DNA of 64,000 nt from a virus. Shown in pieces: positions 24,464 through 32,303 of the stretch. Both the position numbers and the translations under genes were made by a program. The notes under the pieces were generated by a model that had not been told where the DNA came from, made no database searches, and saw only the letters and a program-made list of their open reading frames with translations. Positions within the stretch are counted from its first letter, which is position 1. Every line of letters starts with the position of its first letter. The stretch lies in IMG/VR virus record IMGVR_UViG_3300043184_000020; one strand, written 5' to 3'.

Positions 24464-24648
24464 ACCTGCTTCTCCAGCACCGTCTTGTAGTGATCAAACA
24501 GCTTCTTAGCGCAGTTCTGTAGGTCTTTGAGTTCTTCTTGGATCTTCTTACGAGCTTCCTCGTTTCGAACGCGAACGAGCTGACCCTCGATCCTCTGAAG
24601 ATCTAGGTGTATCTCGCTCAGCACTTTGAGGTTAAGCTTTAGGTTCAT
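24460..24648 (-). CDS. hypothetical protein
   Basis: Coupled to ruvC-like gene by a 4-nt overlap. Confidence 0.45.
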   Translation of the reverse strand: MNLKLNLKVLSEIHLDLQRIEGQLVRVRNEEARKKIQEELKDLQNCAKKLFDHYKTVLEKQV

Positions 24649-24958
24649 CTTTCTTCTCGAACAAGTCCTCAGGTTCTACCCACTTAGATAAGGTTACCTT
24701 CAGCTCCACGATACCACACTCAGACCAGCAAGTTCGCTTGGCTTTTAGCTTCTCAACGCTGGAATACAAAGGCATCCTACCTTCTAGGTCAGGAGCCTCT
24801 CCCATCTCGTGCCGCCAGTCTACTCCGCACGAGTACATCAACTTCGTCACGCGCTTTATCTTTCGCCTTGCGGCGGTTCGCTTTCTTCGTGGTCTTTCGC
24901 TCTTTGGTGCAGAGGAAGCAACCGTCTCCTTTGATCTTTTTCGACTTCTTGTAGCCAT
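24632..24958 (-). CDS. hypothetical basic protein
   Basis: 108-aa ORF with a K/R-rich N-terminus. Confidence 0.4.
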   Translation of the reverse strand: MATRSRKRSKETVASSAPKSERPRRKRTAARRKIKRVTKLMYSCGVDWRHEMGEAPDLEGRMPLYSSVEKLKAKRTCWSECGIVELKVTLSKWVEPEDLFEKKDEPKA

Positions 24959-24964
24959 AAGGTT

Positions 24965-25273
24965 TCATACCTTCTTCACTTTCTTGGTCCACCCTGAACG
25001 AACGGCGTCTTCTAGACCGTGTTGGTCGATCTTTCGCTCAAGCTCATGCCGATCATGATGATCGTTGTAGCGCTTCTTGAGCTGTTGATCCAACCCTTTC
25101 TTAACCTGGACACCTCGGTAGGCGTCTCTGGTCTCCATCGTGGTAGACGTCATGGTTGTTGGAAGTTGAGGTTCAAGCCATCCTCCGCACTGACACATGA
25201 TAGAATCCCGCTTAGACATAAGCTTCTTTTCTTCTCTTCCACAGTCTTCACACTGAAGCTTAAATATAGGCAT
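24965..25273 (-). CDS. zinc-ribbon protein
   Basis: CEDCG...CQCGG four-Cys motif. Confidence 0.5.
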   Translation of the reverse strand: MPIFKLQCEDCGREEKKLMSKRDSIMCQCGGWLEPQLPTTMTSTTMETRDAYRGVQVKKGLDQQLKKRYNDHHDRHELERKIDQHGLEDAVRSGWTKKVKKV

Positions 25274-25638
25274 TACTCCTCCGTCTTACCAGGCTCGTAC
25301 TTCTTCATCTTGGTCCTGCGGTTACACCCATCACATACCCTTTGGTAGTGTGGGCCGTCTAACCTGTCCCAGACCTTAAGCCTGAGCGTTCCTTGGTTAC
25401 AGCTCCAGCACTTCCACTTCTCTATGGAGATCTGCTTCTCGCGCTTACGAGCTTCCTGCTCCATCTCGATCTCGTCGATGCGGTCAAGAGCTTCTTTGAA
25501 GGACTGGAACCGGTCAAGGTCCAACCTAGCTATCTGTTTTCTGAGCTTCCCTAGCTCGCGCTTGAGCTTCGAGTTCTCATGCTTCAACCGTTGCAGCTGA
25601 TCGTTCTCAGAATCAGCGTAGCTTCGCCTACGAGACAT
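25273..25638 (-). CDS. coiled-coil zinc-ribbon protein
   Basis: CWSC...CDGC motif; AAGGAG RBS. Confidence 0.5.
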   Translation of the reverse strand: MSRRRSYADSENDQLQRLKHENSKLKRELGKLRKQIARLDLDRFQSFKEALDRIDEIEMEQEARKREKQISIEKWKCWSCNQGTLRLKVWDRLDGPHYQRVCDGCNRRTKMKKYEPGKTEE

Positions 25639-25658
25639 CTAGGTCTCCTTCTTAAAGT

Positions 25659-25667
25659 ATCTTATCA
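25659..25667 (-). promoter_or_regulatory. extended -10, TGaTAAGAT
   Basis: In the 46-bp gap upstream of ORF 25273..25638. Confidence 0.35.
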
Positions 25668-25684
25668 GGTTGCAGGTTTTGTGT

Positions 25685-26692
25685 CTAGCGGATATGGTTC
25701 TTCTTGAAGTCTTCCAGAGCAGCTTTGTCTGCGGGAAGCATCCCAGAAGCCACGGTATAAACCGTGGAGATCGCCATCACGTGCGAGATGTGGTTCTTCT
25801 TGACCTCGATCTTAGTCTCAAGGCCTATGACCAGATCTTTACCCTTGACGGTAGCGCTGAGGTCGCGTACCCTACGAAGCCGAATGTTCAAGGCGCAGCT
25901 GTAAGGGGCACCGTCCCCTCCGTAAGGAGTCTCCACGCTCGGAGCTGGAGGCATGGGCATAGACTGGTATGACTGGTTGAGAAGCAAGATCCCGCATCGC
26001 TGACGAACCTTTGAGAGGAGGTGGTTGATTCGTTTCGTCAAGTTCTTGATAGCCTTTGCTGGCTTACCCATCGACTTGTCCCAGTCGGTGTGGTCGTACT
26101 CCATCTCGGACTCAGACATAGTATTACCCAGAGAGTCCATGAAGATGAAGCAGTCTTGGTTCGTCATGTCCATGACCTCGTCCTTCTCCTCGCCTTCGAT
26201 CACGATCTGACCTACAGAGAGGTCTCGAAGGATCTTCTCCATGAAACCGTACGCTTGCTCGATAGAGTCGGCGTGGAACACGAGGATAGCTTCTGGGTCC
26301 GCGCCCATGAACTTAGGGAGCCTGGTGAAGTCGAACTTGTGCTCGGTCAAGATCAGGATGGGAAGGATACCCTGCTTCTGAGCCTGAGAGATGGCCTCCA
26401 TCAGCATCGTCGTCTTTCCGGTGTTAGGCTTACCGTAGACGTGCGTGATGTTACCGAACGGGAGTCCTGGAAGCTGAATGGCTTCCGAGAACGCCGTAGG
26501 CATCTTGAGCCACTTCGACACCGTGACCTTGGCGATCGTTGCGGTGTCGGGTGTGTACGCGACGCTGTCGTTGTACTGAGCGTTCATGTACTTCTTGAAC
26601 TTAGAGGCGACGGACTTGAGCTTCTGCATCCCTTCGTCTTCTGTAGGCTTAGGGGCTTCTGCGTCGACCAGTTTGATGTCTTTCTTACTCAT
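25685..26692 (-). CDS. uvsX: UvsX/RecA-like recombinase
   Basis: Walker A GKPNTGKT; FMDSLGNTMSESE and TPYGGDGAPYS parallel T4 UvsX FIDSIGNMASKKE and MTGGTGVMYS. Confidence 0.8.
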   Translation of the reverse strand: MSKKDIKLVDAEAPKPTEDEGMQKLKSVASKFKKYMNAQYNDSVAYTPDTATIAKVTVSKWLKMPTAFSEAIQLPGLPFGNITHVYGKPNTGKTTMLMEAISQAQKQGILPILILTEHKFDFTRLPKFMGADPEAILVFHADSIEQAYGFMEKILRDLSVGQIVIEGEEKDEVMDMTNQDCFIFMDSLGNTMSESEMEYDHTDWDKSMGKPAKAIKNLTKRINHLLSKVRQRCGILLLNQSYQSMPMPPAPSVETPYGGDGAPYSCALNIRLRRVRDLSATVKGKDLVIGLETKIEVKKNHISHVMAISTVYTVASGMLPADKAALEDFKKNHIR

Positions 26693-27150
26693 GTCAGTTC
26701 CTTCCTCAAGTTTGCGCTCAGATCTTTAAGCATCTCGTGTCTCTGAGCAAAAGCTTTCACGATGCCTTCAAATTCTACCTCGAGTTCCTTTGCGTCGGCA
26801 AGCTCGGTCTTAAGCTTCTGGATGGTCTCGTCCTTACAGACCATGGCCTGAACTTCAGCAACCTTGCGACCCTTACCGTCGCTCGAGAGTTCCATGACGA
26901 GCTGACTCTCTCGGTAGTCGAGCTGCTGCTCTACGGCTGCAACTTTTCGTTTGATCTTGGCAAGCTCACGAGTGTACTTTCGAAAGTACAATGGTTGGTC
27001 CATGATCTCTTCGTTCAGGTAGTTCTGGTCTATAGACAGCTCCTGATCGATGCCTTCTTTGATCACCTCACGACGCTTGATGCGCGGAGGTTCTGCAGGT
27101 TTGTCGAAACCGCCAGCTGTCTTCTGCTTACTGTTAAAGATTCTCGACAT
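26689..27150 (-). CDS. hypothetical coiled-coil protein (possible UvsY-like mediator)
   Basis: 153 aa, coupled downstream of the recombinase; only loose resemblance to UvsY. Confidence 0.3.
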   Translation of the reverse strand: MSRIFNSKQKTAGGFDKPAEPPRIKRREVIKEGIDQELSIDQNYLNEEIMDQPLYFRKYTRELAKIKRKVAAVEQQLDYRESQLVMELSSDGKGRKVAEVQAMVCKDETIQKLKTELADAKELEVEFEGIVKAFAQRHEMLKDLSANLRKELT

Positions 27151-27352
27151 CGTACACCTTCCAGTTCTTAACCTTATCCTTAGGAATGTAGTGACTCTCC
27201 GGGTTGAAGTCGATCACGAAGGGCTTCTTCGGATTAGTGATGTTCAACCAGATCACCTTAACCTTCCAGGCTTGCTTCTCTTCGATCCAGTAAGATTTGA
27301 GCACCTGCATTGCAACGTCAGTGTTGCATACATGCTTGTATACACCTTTCAT
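27134..27352 (-). CDS. hypothetical protein
   Basis: 72-aa ORF. Confidence 0.45.
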   Translation of the reverse strand: MKGVYKHVCNTDVAMQVLKSYWIEEKQAWKVKVIWLNITNPKKPFVIDFNPESHYIPKDKVKNWKVYDVENL

Positions 27353-27525
27353 CGCGCCATCTCCTGGTAGAGTTGTATAAGATCTTTCTGACCGTTCAGT
27401 TGATTACCAAGCTCCGAAAGCCAAGTGCTGAAGGTGAACATGAAGATAGCAGCAACGATCGCTATAGCTAGCGAGTAGCCTAGGATGAACGCGTTTCTTA
27501 ATGCGGCGGTAAGCTTATCGCGCAA
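27349..27525 (-). CDS. small single-TM protein (58 aa, TTG start)
   Basis: Not in the track; fills an apparent gap; FILGYSLAIAIVAAIFMFTFSTWL helix; its stop overlaps the downstream ATG (ATGA). Confidence 0.35.
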   Translation of the reverse strand: MRDKLTAALRNAFILGYSLAIAIVAAIFMFTFSTWLSELGNQLNGQKDLIQLYQEMAR

Positions 27526-27910
27526 GCTGACCTGCCCCCCACACAGCTAAGCTGGTGGCAACAACTCCGATTCCGAAGTACAACCACTGGTTCGTAGACT
27601 TTAGACGCTCCATGCTGTTGACTCGATCTTCAAGCTTGAACGCGGTGTTCATCCACTTGTCAGCACGCTCTTCCTGAACCTTGATTCCTAGGTCTTTAAG
27701 CTCGATGGTCTTCTCAAGCTTAGCAACCTGCTCCTCACGATCCTTAAGATCTTCCTGGATCTTTCCGACCTTCTTGTGACAGTCGGGGGTGTAAAGGTAA
27801 CCACCCTCAACCTTGGTGATACCTTTACTAAAGTCGCAGTCAGCTGCTGCCTGAAGCGGGGCTAGAGCTATGCTCAGGGCCAGAGCTACGGCGAGAAGTA
27901 GCTTACTCAT
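27515..27910 (-). CDS. secreted coiled-coil protein with C-terminal TM anchor (spanin-like topology)
   Basis: Signal peptide MSKLLLAVALALSIALAPLQA, central coiled coil, C-terminal WLYFGIGVVATSLAVWGAG helix. Confidence 0.45.
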   Translation of the reverse strand: MSKLLLAVALALSIALAPLQAAADCDFSKGITKVEGGYLYTPDCHKKVGKIQEDLKDREEQVAKLEKTIELKDLGIKVQEERADKWMNTAFKLEDRVNSMERLKSTNQWLYFGIGVVATSLAVWGAGQLAR

Positions 27911-28205
27911 CTTTAGGAACTCCGGTCTCACAGTCGAACTCCTTCATCTCACCGTTATGGTAAGACTTACGAACTTCTTTCTTAGGAGCTTCCATCGGGA
28001 TGGTGATCATACCGTTAGAGGCCATGATTAAGTAGTTGTTCTTGTTCTCGTCAAGGATCATCAGCTGAACGAGCATGCCGTTACCTGCGTTGACCACGAA
28101 GCACTTACCCTTTAGGTCTACGGTCGCCTTCCGGTACTCCGTCACTCCAAGTCCGATACCGATCGCCAGTACTAGTGTCAGTGCGGCCAGTGTGATCTTC
28201 TTCAT
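27903..28205 (-). CDS. N-terminally anchored periplasmic protein
   Basis: Start set to ATG 28205 after GGAGAG; MKKITLAALTLVLAIGIGLG anchor. Confidence 0.45.
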   Translation of the reverse strand: MKKITLAALTLVLAIGIGLGVTEYRKATVDLKGKCFVVNAGNGMLVQLMILDENKNNYLIMASNGMITIPMEAPKKEVRKSYHNGEMKEFDCETGVPKDE

Positions 28206-28289
28206 GTTTCTCTCCATCCTTAACATCCCCTTGGGTTGTGGCCGGGTGAACCAGGGGAGCGGTCCATCGGTCGTTGTATTCTTTCCTTC

Positions 28290-28580
28290 TCATGACTTCT
28301 TGTGCCAGTCCTCGTCGACGTCTTCTTCTTTCCTGTCGGCGATGCGCTTACCAGCGGCGTCAGCTTCAGCCTTCGTGATTGCAGCTTGCTTATCAAGCTC
28401 GTCGGCCTGAGCCTTAAGCTTGTCGTCTTCCTTTCGAGCCTCATCAGCAGTCTTCCTAGCAGAGCTTGCGAGCAGCGAGAAGAGTACGTCCTTGAATATC
28501 CAAAGAGCGATCAGGGGGATCAGAAGGAAGAACAAGATCTTGTTGTTGTTGTTCCAGAGGTTCTTAATCTTCTCGTCCAT
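28290..28580 (-). CDS. single-TM coiled-coil protein
   Basis: ILFFLLIPLIALWIF helix followed by a K/E/A-rich coiled coil; AGGAG 6 nt before ATG 28580. Confidence 0.45.
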   Translation of the reverse strand: MDEKIKNLWNNNNKILFFLLIPLIALWIFKDVLFSLLASSARKTADEARKEDDKLKAQADELDKQAAITKAEADAAGKRIADRKEEDVDEDWHKKS

Positions 28581-28650
28581 GTTCATCTCCTTTGATGATC
28601 CACCAGGTTATTCCGAGGGCCAAAAGTAATAGTAGGCCTAGGGCTTCCAT
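28564..28650 (-). CDS. micro-ORF, 28-aa TM peptide
   Basis: TGATG coupling to the upstream stop; MEALGLLLLLALGITWWIIKGDEHGRED. Confidence 0.3.
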   Translation of the reverse strand: MEALGLLLLLALGITWWIIKGDEHGRED

Positions 28651-28973
28651 CACTTAGGCTCCGTGGGAGCGTCTACCGAAGCTCCGTCGATGCTGATCTT
28701 CTTACCGTCACCTTGAAACTTTCGCCCCAGGTACCCACCCAGGCTCACGCCGAGCAGCCATAGTGCGTTGTTGTAGTCTACATCTCCGACTACTTTGGTC
28801 ACCTTACCAGCAAGCAAGATCACGCACACACCGAAGGACACGACCGTCATGGTGGCGGTGATGGAGCCTTTACCTGACTTCGGGTCTCGGATGGTAGGAA
28901 CAGGGATACCGTCAGCGTTACCGGACGCTACAGCTTTCTTAAGGGACTCTACGATCTTGTTTGCGATGCTCAA
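28650..28973 (-). CDS. two-TM membrane protein (holin candidate)
   Basis: TTG start after AGGAG; two hydrophobic helices (ITATMTVVSFGVCVILLAG and ALWLLGVSLGGYLG). Confidence 0.4.
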   Translation of the reverse strand: MSIANKIVESLKKAVASGNADGIPVPTIRDPKSGKGSITATMTVVSFGVCVILLAGKVTKVVGDVDYNNALWLLGVSLGGYLGRKFQGDGKKISIDGASVDAPTEPK

Positions 28974-29314
28974 GGGGACTCCTTCTTGCGGAAGAGGTTT
29001 TCAACGTCTATGTAAGCATAGCCCGGTTCGCCCGTCTGTGTCAAGCCCGGACCGATGTCTAAGCTTAGCCACGCGACCGATCTTTTAGCTTGTTCTTTGC
29101 TGAAGCACTTTCCAGTCTTAACAGCCCAGTCGATCGCGATGTCTACCAACTTTTCGTTGTCCTTCATAGTAACCTTGACAGCGGATACGTTGATGTATTG
29201 TCCTTCCGGGATACCACCAACCTTCTTTGCGGCCATCATGTGAACTCTGGTGTAGGGGTCGTATTTCTTGCTGTGCTTCTTGAGAGCTTCCCAGCTGATC
29301 TTGAACCTCTTCAT
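28970..29314 (-). CDS. hypothetical protein
   Basis: Track start 29416 replaced by ATG 29314, which lies 5 nt after GGAGG and 2 nt after the CYTH stop. Confidence 0.45.
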   Translation of the reverse strand: MKRFKISWEALKKHSKKYDPYTRVHMMAAKKVGGIPEGQYINVSAVKVTMKDNEKLVDIAIDWAVKTGKCFSKEQAKRSVAWLSLDIGPGLTQTGEPGYAYIDVENLFRKKESP

Positions 29315-29316
29315 GC

Positions 29317-29949
29317 CTACCTCCGATACATCTCCCATAAGGATCTGCGCATGCGCTTCTGCGGCGTTATCCCGAGCGGAGACAAGATCTTCTCGTACTT
29401 CTCGATGATACCCCACGCCTCTGCCTCGGTCAATCCTTCTTTACTGATCTTCTCTTCTGAGACTTCGATCTCTACGAAGTGATCTACTCGGTTGGAGGTC
29501 TCACCTCCGGTGATGTCGTATACCGTGTAGTACACCAGGGTCGCATCTTCAAACTTGTAGATGTGGCAGTTCTTCGTGATCACGAAGTTAGGCTTGAAGC
29601 CCATCAGCTCTACACCGCGTTTGATGTCTTCCTCAGGAGTCTTATCCACTCGCCAGTTGATCTCTAACCTCTGAATGCTGTTCTTGGCACCCTTAGGCTT
29701 AAACTTAACAGTCCACTCGGCTCGCCCGCCGTCCAGCCCAAACGAAGGCCTACGGTACCTACCGAAGGATGAGTCGTCGAAGTCTGGATGCGAGTAGTAG
29801 CAGTCAGGGCCTTCTACGTACAGGAAAGCTTGGATGTCCGAGAGCTGTTCTACCAGCTTCTTGAACATAGGCTGTACGTTCTGCTCGACCCTGTACTTGC
29901 ACTCGAACTCGGTGTTCTGGTCAAGTTTAGGACTCGTTTGCATCTTCAC
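29317..29949 (-). CDS. CYTH-domain protein (triphosphate tunnel metalloenzyme)
   Basis: N-terminal E-x-E-x-K (EFECKYRV) and C-terminal FVEIEV strands characteristic of CYTH/CyaB-ThTPase. Confidence 0.6.
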   Translation of the reverse strand: MKMQTSPKLDQNTEFECKYRVEQNVQPMFKKLVEQLSDIQAFLYVEGPDCYYSHPDFDDSSFGRYRRPSFGLDGGRAEWTVKFKPKGAKNSIQRLEINWRVDKTPEEDIKRGVELMGFKPNFVITKNCHIYKFEDATLVYYTVYDITGGETSNRVDHFVEIEVSEEKISKEGLTEAEAWGIIEKYEKILSPLGITPQKRMRRSLWEMYRR

Positions 29950-30688
29950 GCCTCACGTACCGGAACTTGGACTCCGGTTTATCCTCGCTAGGTGTTCCTA
30001 GGTCTAGCTTCTTAAGCAGCGACTCAAGCTCCTTCAAGCTTCCAGAGTTGTCGATCACAGACTCGGTGAGCAAGGATCGAATCTTCTGCGTCTCAAGCTC
30101 AGATGGGTGAGTGGCTTCGGCAAGCTTCTCGTCAGCTTCAGGACGGCTGACGTAGTAGGCTTTGTATGCTGAACCGAACTTTGAGCTTAGAAACTCGTGC
30201 TCGTTCAGGAAACGAACGTCGGTTACGCAGTAGGTTCCGCTCTTCTTAAGCTTCTTCGTCGCTTCAGGCGAGAAGGCAGCTTCCATGTGAAAGTTCTTGT
30301 AGAGACGGTCTCGGATGAGATCGGTACCGATGACCTGCATGAGTTCTCGAGGAGTCTTGAACACGCGACCTTCCAAGCCGACTACAGAAAGCGCGGCTGG
30401 GTTATACTTGATGTACCCGTCTTCGGTTACCGGATCTACGTACTGCTCACACAGGTCGCGAATAGCGCGGATGTGTTTGAGGTTGAGCGTGATGGGTTCC
30501 TTCAGCTCCTTCTCCTTCAAGATTGGGTCGTTGAGAAGGTTGACGTGAAGCCCGAACACCTGCTCGCAGATCTTCTTAAGGGGTCCAGCGAAGCTGATCT
30601 TACCGTCTACACGCTTAAGCTCCTGAAGAAGCTCGAAGCTTGTGTCTTTGCCGCTGCCTTTGGGTCCGATGAGTCCGATAATTCGCAT
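29927..30688 (-). CDS. dNMP kinase (T4 gp1-like)
   Basis: P-loop GPKGSGKDT; LMQVIGTDLIRDRLYKNF and IDNSGSLKELESLLKK parallel T4 gp1 LMQALGTDLIVNNFDRMYW and ITNDGSLEELFSKIK. Confidence 0.85.
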   Translation of the reverse strand: MRIIGLIGPKGSGKDTSFELLQELKRVDGKISFAGPLKKICEQVFGLHVNLLNDPILKEKELKEPITLNLKHIRAIRDLCEQYVDPVTEDGYIKYNPAALSVVGLEGRVFKTPRELMQVIGTDLIRDRLYKNFHMEAAFSPEATKKLKKSGTYCVTDVRFLNEHEFLSSKFGSAYKAYYVSRPEADEKLAEATHPSELETQKIRSLLTESVIDNSGSLKELESLLKKLDLGTPSEDKPESKFRYVRREDANES

Positions 30689-30699
30689 GAAAGTTCTCC

Positions 30700-30912
30700 T
30701 TAGATGTCGCGACGGATTAAGTTGTTCTCTGCAACAATGATACCAAAGTCTTTCTTAAGAGCTTGAAAAGTCTTAAGAAGAGTAAAACTATGTTCAGTAT
30801 CTGGGATGATCAAGACACGTTTATTGTCGATATCATCCTCGTAAACTCCGACGCATCCAGCGTATCGGCCTTTTACGATCGTAACCTTGTCACCGTAGTT
30901 AAGTTGTTTCAT
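30700..30912 (-). CDS. hypothetical protein (KOW-like motif)
   Basis: GDKVTIVKGRYAGCVGVY resembles a KOW motif. Confidence 0.35.
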   Translation of the reverse strand: MKQLNYGDKVTIVKGRYAGCVGVYEDDIDNKRVLIIPDTEHSFTLLKTFQALKKDFGIIVAENNLIRRDI

Positions 30913-30932
30913 AAGATCATCTCCTTAAGATG

Positions 30933-30961
30933 ACCTTATCAAATCCTTGTACCTAGGTCAA
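30933..30961 (-). promoter_or_regulatory. promoter, TTGACC-N17-TAAGGT
   Basis: In the 57-bp gap upstream of ORF 30700..30912; followed by an AAGGAG RBS. Confidence 0.45.
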
Positions 30962-30969
30962 GAACTTTC

Positions 30970-32259
30970 TTACAGCTTAGCTTTGAAAGGTTTGATGATG
31001 AGATCGAGCTTCTCGTTGGTGTCCGCGTCCCGAAGTCGGATTAAACGGATGTCACCTACTGCGTGGCCCTTAACGACCTCAAACAAGGTCTGGGTAGCGT
31101 TCTTAGAGAAGATGCCCAAAGACTGGGCGTAGGCATCAAGACCTGACATGGTCCCGTTGATAAGCAGCATGGTGCCGCCTTCAGTCTCCTGAACCGTAGG
31201 GACGTGTACGTGCCCCACCACGATCGCAGCGAAGTTCTCGTCCCCGCGTATCAGCTGAGAGTTGACCTTGTTGATCTGCTCGTTGATGGACTTCATGTTC
31301 AGGTTCTTACCTGGGTTACCGACGTTGATCACGGTGTCTCCGTGAGTCACGAGGAACTTATGTCCCTGGATGTCCACGATGGCGTACGGTGCTTCAGGAA
31401 TCACGAACTCCACGTTCTTAAACTTACCCTTCATGATCTCGCGAAGTGCTACGTAGATCATGTTCTCGTAAGAGTCCCACTTGTGAGTCATGGCTCGGTC
31501 CTTAGCGGACTTGTGCATGGCCCTACCGTGGTTACCTGGAGTACACACTACTCGAACCTTCCCGAAGCTCTGAGCGGCGTAGCTGATGGCTTGGACGAAG
31601 ATGTTGATGGCCCCGGCGAACTGCGTGGTGAGTAGGTCAACTGCCCACTCTTGGTCATGGATCACTCCAGCGATGATGTCGCCGTTGATCAGCATGACGA
31701 GTTCTGTCTGGTCGCGGTATTGAGGCTTGTAGGTTACGACCTGATCCATCAGGAGCGCGGTTCGGCGAGCAGCGATGGTCCAGCTGTACTCGTTGATGTT
31801 GTTCAGCTCCTCACGGTCGATGTTGCAGCCGAAGTGAGTGTCTGAGAAGTGAACGACTAGGGATCTTTGAATCTTGGTAGCGGTCTTCTTCTGAGGCTTA
31901 ACCGGAGCATGAATCGATACGGGGTTCTTCTCCATGACCTCTCGAAGCACGTTCAGGAACTCGTCTTTCAGGAAAATCTCACGACCGTACTGAGACTCAA
32001 GCTTGTTACGATATCCTCGCACTAGCTTAGAAGCGGAGTCCAGGATGATGTTCTTCTCTGGAGGGAAGTAGATGTCCATCAGCTTCTTAAAGCCGCCGAT
32101 CTTTCGCATCTCCCACTCGGAGAGCGTCGACTTGATCTGAGCTGTAAAGTAGTCAGCCTTACTGACCTCTTTCGGCTCGACGCCAAGCTCGTTCGCTACG
32201 TCGCACACAGATTTGTAGAACTTATCACCGATAGAGTCTGGCTTCTTACGCTTCTTCAT
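30970..32259 (-). CDS. calcineurin-like metallophosphoesterase (Mre11/SbcD-class nuclease candidate)
   Basis: Motifs HFSDTHFG, NGDIIAG, GNHGR, VTHGD, VGHVHV in canonical order. Confidence 0.75.
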   Translation of the reverse strand: MKKRKKPDSIGDKFYKSVCDVANELGVEPKEVSKADYFTAQIKSTLSEWEMRKIGGFKKLMDIYFPPEKNIILDSASKLVRGYRNKLESQYGREIFLKDEFLNVLREVMEKNPVSIHAPVKPQKKTATKIQRSLVVHFSDTHFGCNIDREELNNINEYSWTIAARRTALLMDQVVTYKPQYRDQTELVMLINGDIIAGVIHDQEWAVDLLTTQFAGAINIFVQAISYAAQSFGKVRVVCTPGNHGRAMHKSAKDRAMTHKWDSYENMIYVALREIMKGKFKNVEFVIPEAPYAIVDIQGHKFLVTHGDTVINVGNPGKNLNMKSINEQINKVNSQLIRGDENFAAIVVGHVHVPTVQETEGGTMLLINGTMSGLDAYAQSLGIFSKNATQTLFEVVKGHAVGDIRLIRLRDADTNEKLDLIIKPFKAKL

Positions 32260-32267
32260 GCAATATC

Positions 32268-32297
32268 ATCCTAACACTTTCTGATTGGCTGTTGCAA
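32268..32297 (-). promoter_or_regulatory. promoter, TTGCAA-N18-TAGGAT
   Basis: In the 44-bp pol-phosphoesterase gap; ATG 32259 begins 9 nt after the -10; no SD. Confidence 0.4.
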
Positions 32298-32303
32298 GTG
32301 AAA

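Noticed and set aside
26021-26746. 241-aa + strand ORF
   Set aside because: It is a shadow of the UvsX-like recombinase gene.
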